30,546 nucleotides of DNA from Chitinivibrionales bacterium (lineage in GTDB: Bacteria; Fibrobacterota; Chitinivibrionia; Chitinivibrionales; WJKA01), in contig JBBRUX010000046.1 in assembly GCA_038247415.1 (NCBI GenBank), forward strand, positions 1 to 30,546, written 5' to 3'. Below the pieces are notes generated by a model, which did no database searches, had not been told where the DNA came from, and saw nothing but the letters and a program-made list of their open reading frames with translations. Below are positions 17,985 to 26,975 of the stretch, in pieces; the stretch's first letter is position 1; each line of letters starts with the position of its first letter. The position numbers and the translations under genes were made by a program.

Positions 17985-18743
17985 TTAGCGCTTTTTAGAA
18001 AGCTTTGCCTTTTCTAGTAGGGCTTTGGCTTTTATCTCTTTGTTGCCCATTACAATAAGTTCGTCTAAGAGAACGATTGCTTCTGAGGCCCTATTTACTT
18101 TAGAGAAATTGATTGCCATATGCAATCGAGCTTGCGGAAGGTATTTGGAATCGGGGAATGTCTCGATAAAAGATTTGAAGTATATAATAGCGGCTTCATA
18201 TTTATTAATGCGCTCGTAGAAGCGGGCGTTCATAAATTCTTTGTAGGCAATTTTTTCTTGACATTCAAGTAAATATATTTTTGCGCTATCTGCAAATGGA
18301 CTCTGCGGATAGGATTCCAGAAACGATTGAAATTCGCGGATGGCGTCGTGGGTGAGATCTTGTGCCCGTTCGAAGGATGGGGCTGCAAGCATCATGGTGT
18401 GGCCAATGCGAAAACGTGATTCGTCGGCAAAGGGCGAAGAAGAGAAGTCGCGGATAAGCAGTTGATACTCGAGGCGCGCTTCATCCGGCTTTTTGGTAAT
18501 GAGGTATGTTGATCCAAGGAGATAATACACAGAATCCAAGTTTTGAGATCCTGCGCATTGTTGCTTGACTTCTGCAAGGATAGTTTCTACATCCAGGAAT
18601 CGCTTTTTTTTAAAGGATTGAGCTGCTGCCGCAATTTTTGCAGGGCAATTAAAAACTTTTTTAGTGGGTTTGGCAGACACCGTCATGGCTATGATTATAA
18701 CACAGATAATACCAGTTCGAAGGAGTAGCGATTCATGCTTCAT
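17985..18743 (-). CDS. bamD: Outer membrane protein assembly factor BamD (YfiO-like TPR protein)
   Basis: TPR repeats with ERAQDLTHDAIREFQSFLESYPQSPF, KIAYKEFMNARFY, AAIIYF..FPDS; upstream of nadD. Confidence 0.85.
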   Translation of the reverse strand: MKHESLLLRTGIICVIIIAMTVSAKPTKKVFNCPAKIAAAAQSFKKKRFLDVETILAEVKQQCAGSQNLDSVYYLLGSTYLITKKPDEARLEYQLLIRDFSSSPFADESRFRIGHTMMLAAPSFERAQDLTHDAIREFQSFLESYPQSPFADSAKIYLLECQEKIAYKEFMNARFYERINKYEAAIIYFKSFIETFPDSKYLPQARLHMAINFSKVNRASEAIVLLDELIVMGNKEIKAKALLEKAKLSKKR

Positions 18744-19028
18744 GGGACAAGTCCTTTATGCAAGGGTTAGATTGTTGAGACTGTGTAAAATACAATGAGG
18801 TTCCGGGAAGTGATCGAATTGATGAAAAAAAGGTAGTTCTTTGCTTTTGAAATAGTTGTTTTCATTACGGATTGGTTTAGAAAAAAGTGTGGGGTAGTTG
18901 CATGGTGCGCTACGGTGATGGTTTGCACGAATAAAAGCTTTGCCCTTTCGCCTTCTTAAATAATCGGTTTGATGTGCTGTTTATTCTTTTGTACCCTTCG
19001 ATTTGAAAGGAATGTATATTCAAATATT

Positions 19029-21035
19029 ATGGCATATTTGGAAATTTCTACCGGTGATAAACAGGGTACCAACATCAGTTTGGTAAATGACACCTCGATA
19101 GGTCGCTCAACCGATAACGTTTTGTGTCTCCTCGATTCGAGCGTCAGTCGGCATCATGCGGCTATCCGTAAAAAAGACAACTATTATGCTATTGTTGATC
19201 TTGGCTCAGCAAATGGCACTGTTGTCAACCGCCGGCCTTTGCATCGTCTTGTGCCGCAACCCCTCTACGAAAATGACGAAGTAGTTATATGTGCTACAAA
19301 AATGATCTTCCGATCGGAAGGTGACGACCCCGTTTCTACAAAACGCATCCCCTACTTTCAGGCAGCGGGAGCACCCGACCTGATATTTCCTACTAATGTC
19401 AGCAATGTATCGGTGGTTATGAAAACCGATTCGCGTTTGCCCGATTTTTCTGCAAGCATCGATGTATCGCGGGCATCCCTTGTTAAGGACGAGGAGCATA
19501 ATAATGTCGAGGGTCTTACTATAGCACTCAATCGACTTACAGCACTTATCAAAATTTCTCAGGATCTTGGTGCGCTCACAAAACCAGAAGCGCTCTTTGA
19601 TCGCATCATGAATGTAATATTCGAAATTTTCCCCGCAGCCGATCGAGCATTTATCATGCTGCGCGAAGGGGATCAGATGCAGCCAAAATGTGCGCGAACT
19701 CGTGATATGGCAGCATCCCCACAAGAGCTGTGTGTGAGCAAAACGCTTATCGAAGCAGTTGTTTCTAAAAGGCAATCGGTACTTTCTTCCGATGCGCAGC
19801 AGGATGAGCGCTTTGCAACACATCAGTCTATGGTTAATCTTTCGATCAGATCGCTCATGTGCGCTCCTTTCATATATAAAGAAGATATCCTGGGCATTAT
19901 TGGTGTTGATACAAAATCAGGAACCAAAACTTTTACGGCCGACGATCTCATGATGCTGACCAGTATTTCCGCTCAGGCCGCAATTGCTATTAAAAATGCC
20001 GATCTCTTCGAAACGGTCGAGAGCGAAACACAGGTGCGCACGCAGCTTGCCCGCTATTTGTCCCCTGATGTTGTTGAAGGGGTTCTGGAGGGTACAATTC
20101 CCCTTACCCTTGGCGGCGAAAAGAAGCACGGAACGCTTTTTTTCTGCGATATTGTTGGCTTTACTCGCATGTCTGAGTCTTTGCCTGCAACCGATGTTGT
20201 AGAAAAACTCAATATGTATTTCTCGGTTACTACCGAAATTATAACCCGCAATAAGGGTACGCTGCATAAATTTGGCGGCGACATGATTATGGCTTTTTGG
20301 AATGTGCTCTTTCCCGATGACGCGGCTCAGGTTAATGCTATTGCAGCAAGCCTCGAGATGCAGGTTGCTGTGTGGCTGTTTGATTGTGACCTTGAAGCTG
20401 CAGGGCAATTTCCTGTTTATATTGGGATCGGCTGCAATACCGGAGAATTTGCAGGCGGTAATGTTGGCGGAGAAGATCGTATGGAATATACGGTTATCGG
20501 TGACAATGTTAATCTTGCCCAACGGATCGAATCGCTTGCAAGTCGTTGGCAGGTTTTTGTTGCCGAATCAACCTATGCTCCCGCTGCAGCTCATTGTATT
20601 GCTATCAAATTACCCCCTGTTAATGTTAAGGGGAAGTCGATGCCTATTCAAATTTATTCTATACGCGGAATAGAGCGTGGGCGCGACGAAATAATTCTCG
20701 ATATTCCTGTTAAAATTGTTCTTGATGGCGGACTTACAGCAGGAGCGGGGATGTTAACCGGGCTTATGCACAGAGCCGACGGCATCACTATTAGCTTGTC
20801 GTCAACAACTATCTTTGCTCAAGGCTCGCGTTTAACCCTCGATTTCTCGTTGCCGGAATTAAAGCGCCCCTTGTCAATTACTGTGCTGGTCACCGATGTC
20901 GATCGCTCTGCAAATGGTGGGGCTGCAGCAAGCTTTACTCTTTCGGAAATAACAGGCGACGAAGCCCTCGAGTTTCTCGTGCCTGGTGCCTGTATTGAAT
21001 CGCACATGCTCTGGCCCGATATGGTTCGTCATTAA
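19029..21035 (+). CDS. FHA-GAF class III adenylate cyclase
   Basis: FHA IGRS..VSRHHA..DLGSANGT; GAF SIRSLMCAPF; cyclase FCDIVGFT, HKFGGDMIMAFW, EYTVIGDNVNLAQRIE; start set at ATG 19029. Confidence 0.93.
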   Translation: MAYLEISTGDKQGTNISLVNDTSIGRSTDNVLCLLDSSVSRHHAAIRKKDNYYAIVDLGSANGTVVNRRPLHRLVPQPLYENDEVVICATKMIFRSEGDDPVSTKRIPYFQAAGAPDLIFPTNVSNVSVVMKTDSRLPDFSASIDVSRASLVKDEEHNNVEGLTIALNRLTALIKISQDLGALTKPEALFDRIMNVIFEIFPAADRAFIMLREGDQMQPKCARTRDMAASPQELCVSKTLIEAVVSKRQSVLSSDAQQDERFATHQSMVNLSIRSLMCAPFIYKEDILGIIGVDTKSGTKTFTADDLMMLTSISAQAAIAIKNADLFETVESETQVRTQLARYLSPDVVEGVLEGTIPLTLGGEKKHGTLFFCDIVGFTRMSESLPATDVVEKLNMYFSVTTEIITRNKGTLHKFGGDMIMAFWNVLFPDDAAQVNAIAASLEMQVAVWLFDCDLEAAGQFPVYIGIGCNTGEFAGGNVGGEDRMEYTVIGDNVNLAQRIESLASRWQVFVAESTYAPAAAHCIAIKLPPVNVKGKSMPIQIYSIRGIERGRDEIILDIPVKIVLDGGLTAGAGMLTGLMHRADGITISLSSTTIFAQGSRLTLDFSLPELKRPLSITVLVTDVDRSANGGAAASFTLSEITGDEALEFLVPGACIESHMLWPDMVRH

Positions 21036-21206
21036 GAGGTTAGGATAGAGCCAGTTGTGTGTTACAAGCAAGCCTACTGACCCGACACATTCGATCAAAA
21101 ACTGAGCATTTATAGTCATAAAATTTGTAAATTCGCAAACGGACAATTTAATAAAATATGAGTAAGAAAACGAGTTGGAGAAGCAATAAAGAACGTAGTT
21201 TCGACT

Positions 21207-22001
21207 ATGATGGACAGTGTAATGAACAATGTTCTGGTAAACAACCCATTTATAAAAGAAAAACATCATTCTTCCAAACCGCTTTACTCTGCATTAGTTC
21301 CTGACGAAATATTTAAAGGCTCACATTTTGAAAGACGATTTGTAACGCCTTTTGGTGGCGTTTGGGAAAAGTTAGCCCAAGTTGTATCCAACGAAAATCA
21401 CGGACACTGTTCAATGGGACACAGCGTTAATGGGGTTGTTGGAAGCGAAAGCCTAAGAAGAATACAGGAAGTTCTAAATAATCTTGAACATAGTGGTAAA
21501 GGAGAAGAAAAAATTAAACCCGACCGGGCTAAGGAACTTGATTACATTAGACAAGGTGGTGGAGACCCTATTCCAGTTAGTGTTACTTGTGACATTTTCA
21601 TACACAACGAAGTAACAAAAACAAAATATGCTTTTGAGTTAAAAGCACCACTCCCAAACAGCGACCAAACCAAAGTAAGCAAAGAAAAAATGCTGAAATT
21701 ATTGGCAATGCAACCTAAACAAGTTGACTATGCTTTTTATGCACTTGTTTACAATCCTTATGGTAAAAAAGAAGATTACAAATGGACTTTCCCAATGCGA
21801 TGGTTCAATATGCACAAAGACGAATCTGTTTTAATAGGCAACGAATTTTGGGATTTAATTGGGGGCGAAGGAACTTACAAAACTTTCATAACGGAAGTAA
21901 ACAAACTTGGTAAAGACTACAAGGAGAGAATTTACCGTGAGTTTTTGGAAATTGAGCCACCAAAAGATTTTGACAAAACAATACTAAAACAGCCAAAATG
22001 A
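21207..22001 (+). CDS. TdeIII family type II restriction endonuclease (probably 5'-frameshifted; original start likely ATG 21158)
   Basis: PLYSALVPDEIFKGSHFERRFVTPFGGVWEKLA, CDIF..AFELKAPLPNSDQTKVSKEK, YNPYG, IGNEFWDLIGG; stop overlaps the MTase ATG (ATGA at 21998-22001). Confidence 0.8.
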   Translation: MMDSVMNNVLVNNPFIKEKHHSSKPLYSALVPDEIFKGSHFERRFVTPFGGVWEKLAQVVSNENHGHCSMGHSVNGVVGSESLRRIQEVLNNLEHSGKGEEKIKPDRAKELDYIRQGGGDPIPVSVTCDIFIHNEVTKTKYAFELKAPLPNSDQTKVSKEKMLKLLAMQPKQVDYAFYALVYNPYGKKEDYKWTFPMRWFNMHKDESVLIGNEFWDLIGGEGTYKTFITEVNKLGKDYKERIYREFLEIEPPKDFDKTILKQPK

Positions 22002-23586
22002 AAAACTAAAAATTTACATTTATTGACCTGTTTTCTGGTATTGGTGGGTTCAGAATGGCACTTGAAAACAATGGTGGAGAATGTTTGCATTTTAGCGAAA
22101 TAAGCAAAGATGCAATTGACACCTATTGCAAAAATTCAAACGAGCCAACCGAAAAGAATTTAGGCGACATCACCACAATAAAAAACTGCCAACACACAAT
22201 CTTTTAACGGCAGGTGTTCCTTGTCAAAGTTGGTCAATAGCAGGACGAAATTTGGGTTTTGACGATGACAGAGGACAATTGTGGAACGACACCATATTTT
22301 TACTAAATCAATCAAGACCAGACGCATTTATTTTTGAAAATGTAAAAGGTTTAGTTGACCCAAGAAACAAAAAAGCACTAACCTACAGTTTAGACAGAAT
22401 AAAAGAAGCAGGATATTTTGCAAACTATTATGTTTTAAACTCTTTCGACTATGGAGTTCCACAGAACAGAATAAGAATTTACATTGTAGGTTTTAGAGAC
22501 AAAGAATTTGCTAACAAATTCAAACTTCCAAAACCACTTGACAAGAAAATAAAATTGGCAGATATTTTATCTGACTTCAATGAAAAAATCATTGAAACAG
22601 AAAATGAAATGCCGAAAGATTTATTCGGAGAAGTCATTACTCAAAAAAGTATGAGTTTATCAACTAGCAACGGGTTAAATGATTATTTTCTCTTCAATGA
22701 TTTACGAAACGGACATTCAACAATCCACTCTTGGGACATTATTGAAACAACCGAAAAACAGAAGAAAATTTGCTATTTATTACTAAAAAACAGACGGAAA
22801 AGTGCCTACGGAAATTTAGACGGAAACCCATTGTCTGTAAAACATTTCCAAGATTTAGACCATTCAATTTCCGAAAATGAATTAGACGAATTAGTTGAAT
22901 TGAGAATATTAAAAAAGGAGAACTACTCATTTACAATAAATAGAAATAAGGTTGCAGACTTATCGGAAGAAGAAAACATCATTATTAATAATTGTGATAG
23001 CGACTTATTGGTAGTTGAAAAGTTGAAAACGAACAGAGAACTTAAAGTAAAAAAAATCTCTCTTTCTAAAACTTTACCAACATTAATTGAAAAAGAAATC
23101 ATTACTTCAAATGAAGTGCGGTATGATTTTAAAAACACCAAAATCAGCACTGGACTTTATGGAGTAAATAGAATTTTCTTACCAACCTCAAATATCTTCC
23201 CTACACTTGTTGTAAGCGACACAAACGACTATGTTACGACGAAAGTTATTAATGCGAAAAACGAAGAAGAGCATAGAAAACTCTTCATCAACAAAGTATA
23301 TAAAATAGAAAATTACCGCAGAATTACAAAAGAAGAAGCTTGTTTAATTCAAGGTTTTCCGAAAGACTATATTTTGCCCGAAAACAGAGCAAGATGGATG
23401 AAATTGATTGGTAACAGCGTTTCTGTTCCTGTAATAGAAATATTAGGTAAGGCAATTGTAGAAACAGGCATTTTTGAGAACAAAACTGAAAGCATTTCTA
23501 ACTCGACAAGGATTTTAACAATTCCAACAAACCAATACACAGAACAATTGACAAACAACCAACGACAGAAGAAGGCCAGCTTGTAG
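21998..23586 (+). pseudogene. DNA (cytosine-5)-methyltransferase, disrupted
   Basis: ATG AAA AAC TAA (in-frame stop at codon 4, 22007-22009), then FTFIDLFSGIGGFR (motif I), then a frameshift in the A6 run 22180-22185 before LPTHNLLTAGVPCQSWS (motif IV); FENVKG, QNRIRIY, IQGFP, LIGNSV follow. Confidence 0.88.
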
Positions 23587-23609
23587 CTGCAAACCGTAGG
23601 CCGATAGTT

Positions 23610-24068
23610 TTAACGTACCATTTGTCCATTGCGCGATTCCAGAATAAGCGTTACCGGACCTTCATTAGTTAATTTTACCCTCATATCAGCTCCAAAAACA
23701 CCAGTAGTTACGGGAAGCTGGCTTTTTTTTAGAAGCTCAATAACTATTTCGTACAGTTTTTCTGCTTCTGCAGGTGCCATTGCTTTGCTCAATCCTGGCC
23801 GGCGACCTCGGCTCATATCGGCATATAAAGTAAATTGAGAAATCGCAAGAATCGATCCTTTTGTATCAACGATCGAGCGATTCATTGCGCCTGTATCATC
23901 GGGAAAAATGCGAAGAGCTGTGCATTTTTCTGCAAGGAGCGCTGCGTCTACCACAGTGTCGTCTTTGCCGATGCCAATGAGTAAAACAATGCCCGCTCCT
24001 ATGGCACCCACAATAGTCCCTCGGATACTTACTGAAGCTTCTCTCACTCGCTGTAGTATAATGCGCAT
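23610..24068 (-). CDS. dtd: D-aminoacyl-tRNA deacylase
   Basis: MRIILQRVREASV, SQFTLYAD..GRRP, GVFGADMRVKLTNEGPVT. Confidence 0.96.
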   Translation of the reverse strand: MRIILQRVREASVSIRGTIVGAIGAGIVLLIGIGKDDTVVDAALLAEKCTALRIFPDDTGAMNRSIVDTKGSILAISQFTLYADMSRGRRPGLSKAMAPAEAEKLYEIVIELLKKSQLPVTTGVFGADMRVKLTNEGPVTLILESRNGQMVR

Positions 24069-24243
24069 ATAAATAAAATGGGTTGCGCGTAAGGAGTGTG
24101 CACAATTTGAAGTATTCTGTGCAGCCTAGTGTTGAAAAAAGCGCACATTAAAGCGATATTTGATATTCAAAATAAGCAGAATTTAAAAGCATATGCTTAT
24201 AAAACTGTTGAAAAATGCAATCAACGATATCGGTCCAAAGGCA

Positions 24244-24272
24244 TAGACTTACCCAACGAATGAAGGTATATT
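24244..24272 (+). promoter_or_regulatory. Sigma70-type promoter upstream of the TIGR02147 gene
   Basis: TAGACT (24244-24249) - 17 nt - TATATT (24267-24272). Confidence 0.5.
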
Positions 24273-24360
24273 AGTGAGGTGAGTTTGAAGAATAGTGTGG
24301 GGGTTGCCTAAGAACCTCAACGAAAAAAATGCTATCTAACAAAAGAAACTGTGTAAAGGT

Positions 24361-25185
24361 ATGAAATCAATTTTCGAATATTTCGATTATCACGAATTTC
24401 TTAAAGATTTTTACGACGAAAAAAAATCGATAAATCCTTATTTTTCCTATCGCCACATGAGCTCGAAGGTAAAACTCGATGCGGGATTTCTGGTTAAAGT
24501 GTTGCATGGGAAAATGCACATTTCTGCCAAATCAATTGGCGCTTTTATTGTTCTTTGCAAACTCTCGGGCCGCGAAGCGGAATATTTCGAATCGCTGGTA
24601 AATTATGGGCGCGCCAAGAAACATGCAGATATTAAACAAAGCTTCGAAAAAATCCTCGGTTTGAGAACGCAGGCAAATGTTCTTTCTGTACATCAGTATA
24701 GCTTTTATGAGAAATGGTATCATACAGCAGTGTGGTCGCTTATTGGGCTAGACCCTTTTGCGGGAGATTTTGAGGCTCTTGGCGCAAGAATCACGCCGCC
24801 TATTTCAGCGAGTGTCGCAAAGGAATCGGTTGAGCTGCTTATAAATCTTAAAATGTTGACCCGGCATCCCGATGGAACCCTAAGGGCAACAGATCACTTT
24901 GTTACTACTGGGGAAAAGTGGAAGTCTGCGGCAGTCGTGGGTTTTCAAAAAGAAACCATGCGTCTTGCAGCAGAATCTATCGATCGGCATGCGAGCGAAC
25001 TGCGTGATATATCAACACTTACTGTGGGGGTTTCGGTTAAAGATTTGCCTGAAATTAAGGATCGATTACGGGAACTTCGGCAATCTATATTAAATATGAA
25101 AACAGAAAATGAGAAAGTCGATTGCATTTATCAAATTAATATGCAGGTCTTTCCACTTGCCCTTCCTCAAGAGGAACCATTATGA
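24361..25185 (+). CDS. TIGR02147 family protein (Fibrobacter paralogous family, DUF4423; N-terminal HTH-like)
   Basis: IFEYFDYHEFLKDFYDEKK..FSYR, YFESLVNY, FYEKWYHTAV, RDISTLT, YQINMQVFPL. Confidence 0.92.
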   Translation: MKSIFEYFDYHEFLKDFYDEKKSINPYFSYRHMSSKVKLDAGFLVKVLHGKMHISAKSIGAFIVLCKLSGREAEYFESLVNYGRAKKHADIKQSFEKILGLRTQANVLSVHQYSFYEKWYHTAVWSLIGLDPFAGDFEALGARITPPISASVAKESVELLINLKMLTRHPDGTLRATDHFVTTGEKWKSAAVVGFQKETMRLAAESIDRHASELRDISTLTVGVSVKDLPEIKDRLRELRQSILNMKTENEKVDCIYQINMQVFPLALPQEEPL

Positions 25186-26942
25186 ACTGGCCTGGTAAGG
25201 TTCTGAGTCTGCTTGCTATTGCATTATACGGATGCACAGGGTCAGGATCTGAGCCCGCTGGTTCTGGTATTACTGGAACGAAGACTGGCTCAGAGACAAC
25301 AAGCGGTATTGTTGCAACCTTGTCGGGGCAGCCTGTAAGCGGTGCGAGAGTGTCGATATATTCAGATACCTTTGCCAGTGCAAAAAGTGATGCGCTTCCT
25401 GTAAGAGCCGCAACAACTGATGCCAACGGTTTTTATAAATTCGATACCATTCCCGTGGGTAAATATTTCGTTGCTGTGAACGATTTCGAGTCGCAAAGTG
25501 CTCGTTCTAATGTTTATACCAGATTGACAAATTCAATAGAAATAAAAGATACGCTCGATACGCTTGTTCTTGATACAGCATGTGCAGTATTCGGAAGAAT
25601 TGTCCTTTACAATAACGATGATCCTCGCACCGTAGATATCTTTGTGAGAGGCAGTAGTTTTTTTGCCCAACCAGATATTGGGGGTAATTTTAATTTCGGT
25701 CATATGCCTAAGGGTGTGTATGAACTTCGTGTTCGTAGCACGCTAGATCTTTACAGCATCATAGACACGGTAATTAGTATCTCGCGCGATACCTTTCTTA
25801 AGGAGATACGGCTACCGTACAAGGGGGGCCTAGCTCTCGATACTGTTACTGCAAATTATAATGTAATGAAGCAGAGTGTGTATCTTTCGTGGCCTCGGGT
25901 TGATACTGCGGTAATTAGCGGGTATAATGTATATCGCGCTGCTACTGGAGAAAATGATTCGTTGCTTACTAAAAAACTTGTTCTCTCTAATGAGCCCTGG
26001 TACGAGGATACCAGTGTGATAGAAGGTTTAACGTATTCGTATCATGTTGTATCAAAAAACAAAATAAGTGGAATCGAAAGTTCCAAAACTGCAGCCACAA
26101 CATCTACAATAAAGGCAATCGGAATAGATTCTCTTGTCAATTCTATACGGGTTGGAGGAGTATCCGATTCCATCTGCGATTTTGCGTTGCTCGATTCGAA
26201 TACGTATGGGATTGCTCAAAAATGGCCTAAACCTAGAATCTATCGCTACACTCAAACGGGAGATTTACTTTCATCGTTTTGGCCAGCAGATTCGTTTCAT
26301 TCGGTAAGTAATAATTCTATAGCACGGGGTGATAGCCAAAGCATTTACTTTTGCGCAAGCCTTAACAATGTGGATTATAGCTTAGTTAAAACAAGCTCTT
26401 CTGGATCGGTCATAAAGACATGGTCTTTGCACAAGCAGCCCTATTATATTGGTACTTCTCCGTTACCCGTAGAACCGTTTGTTCGCTATACAAAAGGAAA
26501 GGTCCTGCTCGTCTGGTTCGAGCAACTTTTTACCTGGGTTAATCCTGACACCAAGAGTGTTTCTTCGTTTCCAAAACCGTATCAAACTTCAATGCGGTGC
26601 ACTATAAGCCCCGATTCAGGCATGCTGTACTTTGCGAGTTCAACCTCCGATATGGTTATAAGTGTCGATTCTTTAGGCAGGCAAACTAATAGCTGGCATG
26701 GGATGCCTAATGGTATTGTCGCATTTAATAGCAAAGGAACCATTTTAGTTGGTTCTCGCACGAGCAATGAGGTTCGCATTTATTCTTCGCGTGGAGATTT
26801 TCGTGGACGATTCCGCTTAGGCGCATCCATTGCAACCATGCGGGCAATGGAGATTGATAACGCAGGCCTTATTCATGTTTTGGTTTACGAAAAGAATACC
26901 AATCAAGCGCTTGTTCAATGTTTTACTTTAAAGGCGCAATAA
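25182..26942 (+). CDS. Putative surface lipoprotein with carboxypeptidase-regulatory-like (Cna-B type) domains, Fn3-like domain and C-terminal beta-propeller-like region
   Basis: Lipobox ALYG-C; PVSGARVSIY..TTDANGFYKFDTIPVGKY; LSW..GYNVYRA..YEDTSV..YSYHV; ATGA overlap with TIGR02147. Confidence 0.75.
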   Translation: MNWPGKVLSLLAIALYGCTGSGSEPAGSGITGTKTGSETTSGIVATLSGQPVSGARVSIYSDTFASAKSDALPVRAATTDANGFYKFDTIPVGKYFVAVNDFESQSARSNVYTRLTNSIEIKDTLDTLVLDTACAVFGRIVLYNNDDPRTVDIFVRGSSFFAQPDIGGNFNFGHMPKGVYELRVRSTLDLYSIIDTVISISRDTFLKEIRLPYKGGLALDTVTANYNVMKQSVYLSWPRVDTAVISGYNVYRAATGENDSLLTKKLVLSNEPWYEDTSVIEGLTYSYHVVSKNKISGIESSKTAATTSTIKAIGIDSLVNSIRVGGVSDSICDFALLDSNTYGIAQKWPKPRIYRYTQTGDLLSSFWPADSFHSVSNNSIARGDSQSIYFCASLNNVDYSLVKTSSSGSVIKTWSLHKQPYYIGTSPLPVEPFVRYTKGKVLLVWFEQLFTWVNPDTKSVSSFPKPYQTSMRCTISPDSGMLYFASSTSDMVISVDSLGRQTNSWHGMPNGIVAFNSKGTILVGSRTSNEVRIYSSRGDFRGRFRLGASIATMRAMEIDNAGLIHVLVYEKNTNQALVQCFTLKAQ

Positions 26943-26975
26943 CGTTTATTGACATTGAGTACAAGGATTTTCTAT

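Larger units (their letters stand above)
21061..23587. mobile_element. AT-rich restriction-modification cassette bounded by imperfect inverted ends resembling integron cassette core sites
   Basis: Left GTTACAAGCAAGCCT (21061-21075) and right AGGCCAGCTTGTAGC (23573-23587) are 12/15 reverse-complementary; abrupt A-rich composition shift between the convergent cyclase and dtd genes. Confidence 0.55.

Noticed and set aside
19206..20522. Two ~200-aa minus-strand ORFs
   Set aside because: Antisense shadows of the adenylate cyclase.
22126..22185. ORF-track start of the MTase (MQKFKRANRKEFRRHHHN)
   Set aside because: Out-of-frame artefact upstream of the frameshift; true motif I is encoded in another frame from 22013.
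22180..22185. Phase-variable homopolymer switch in the MTase
   Set aside because: A6 is short and common in this A-rich DNA, and an independent nonsense codon would keep the gene off anyway.
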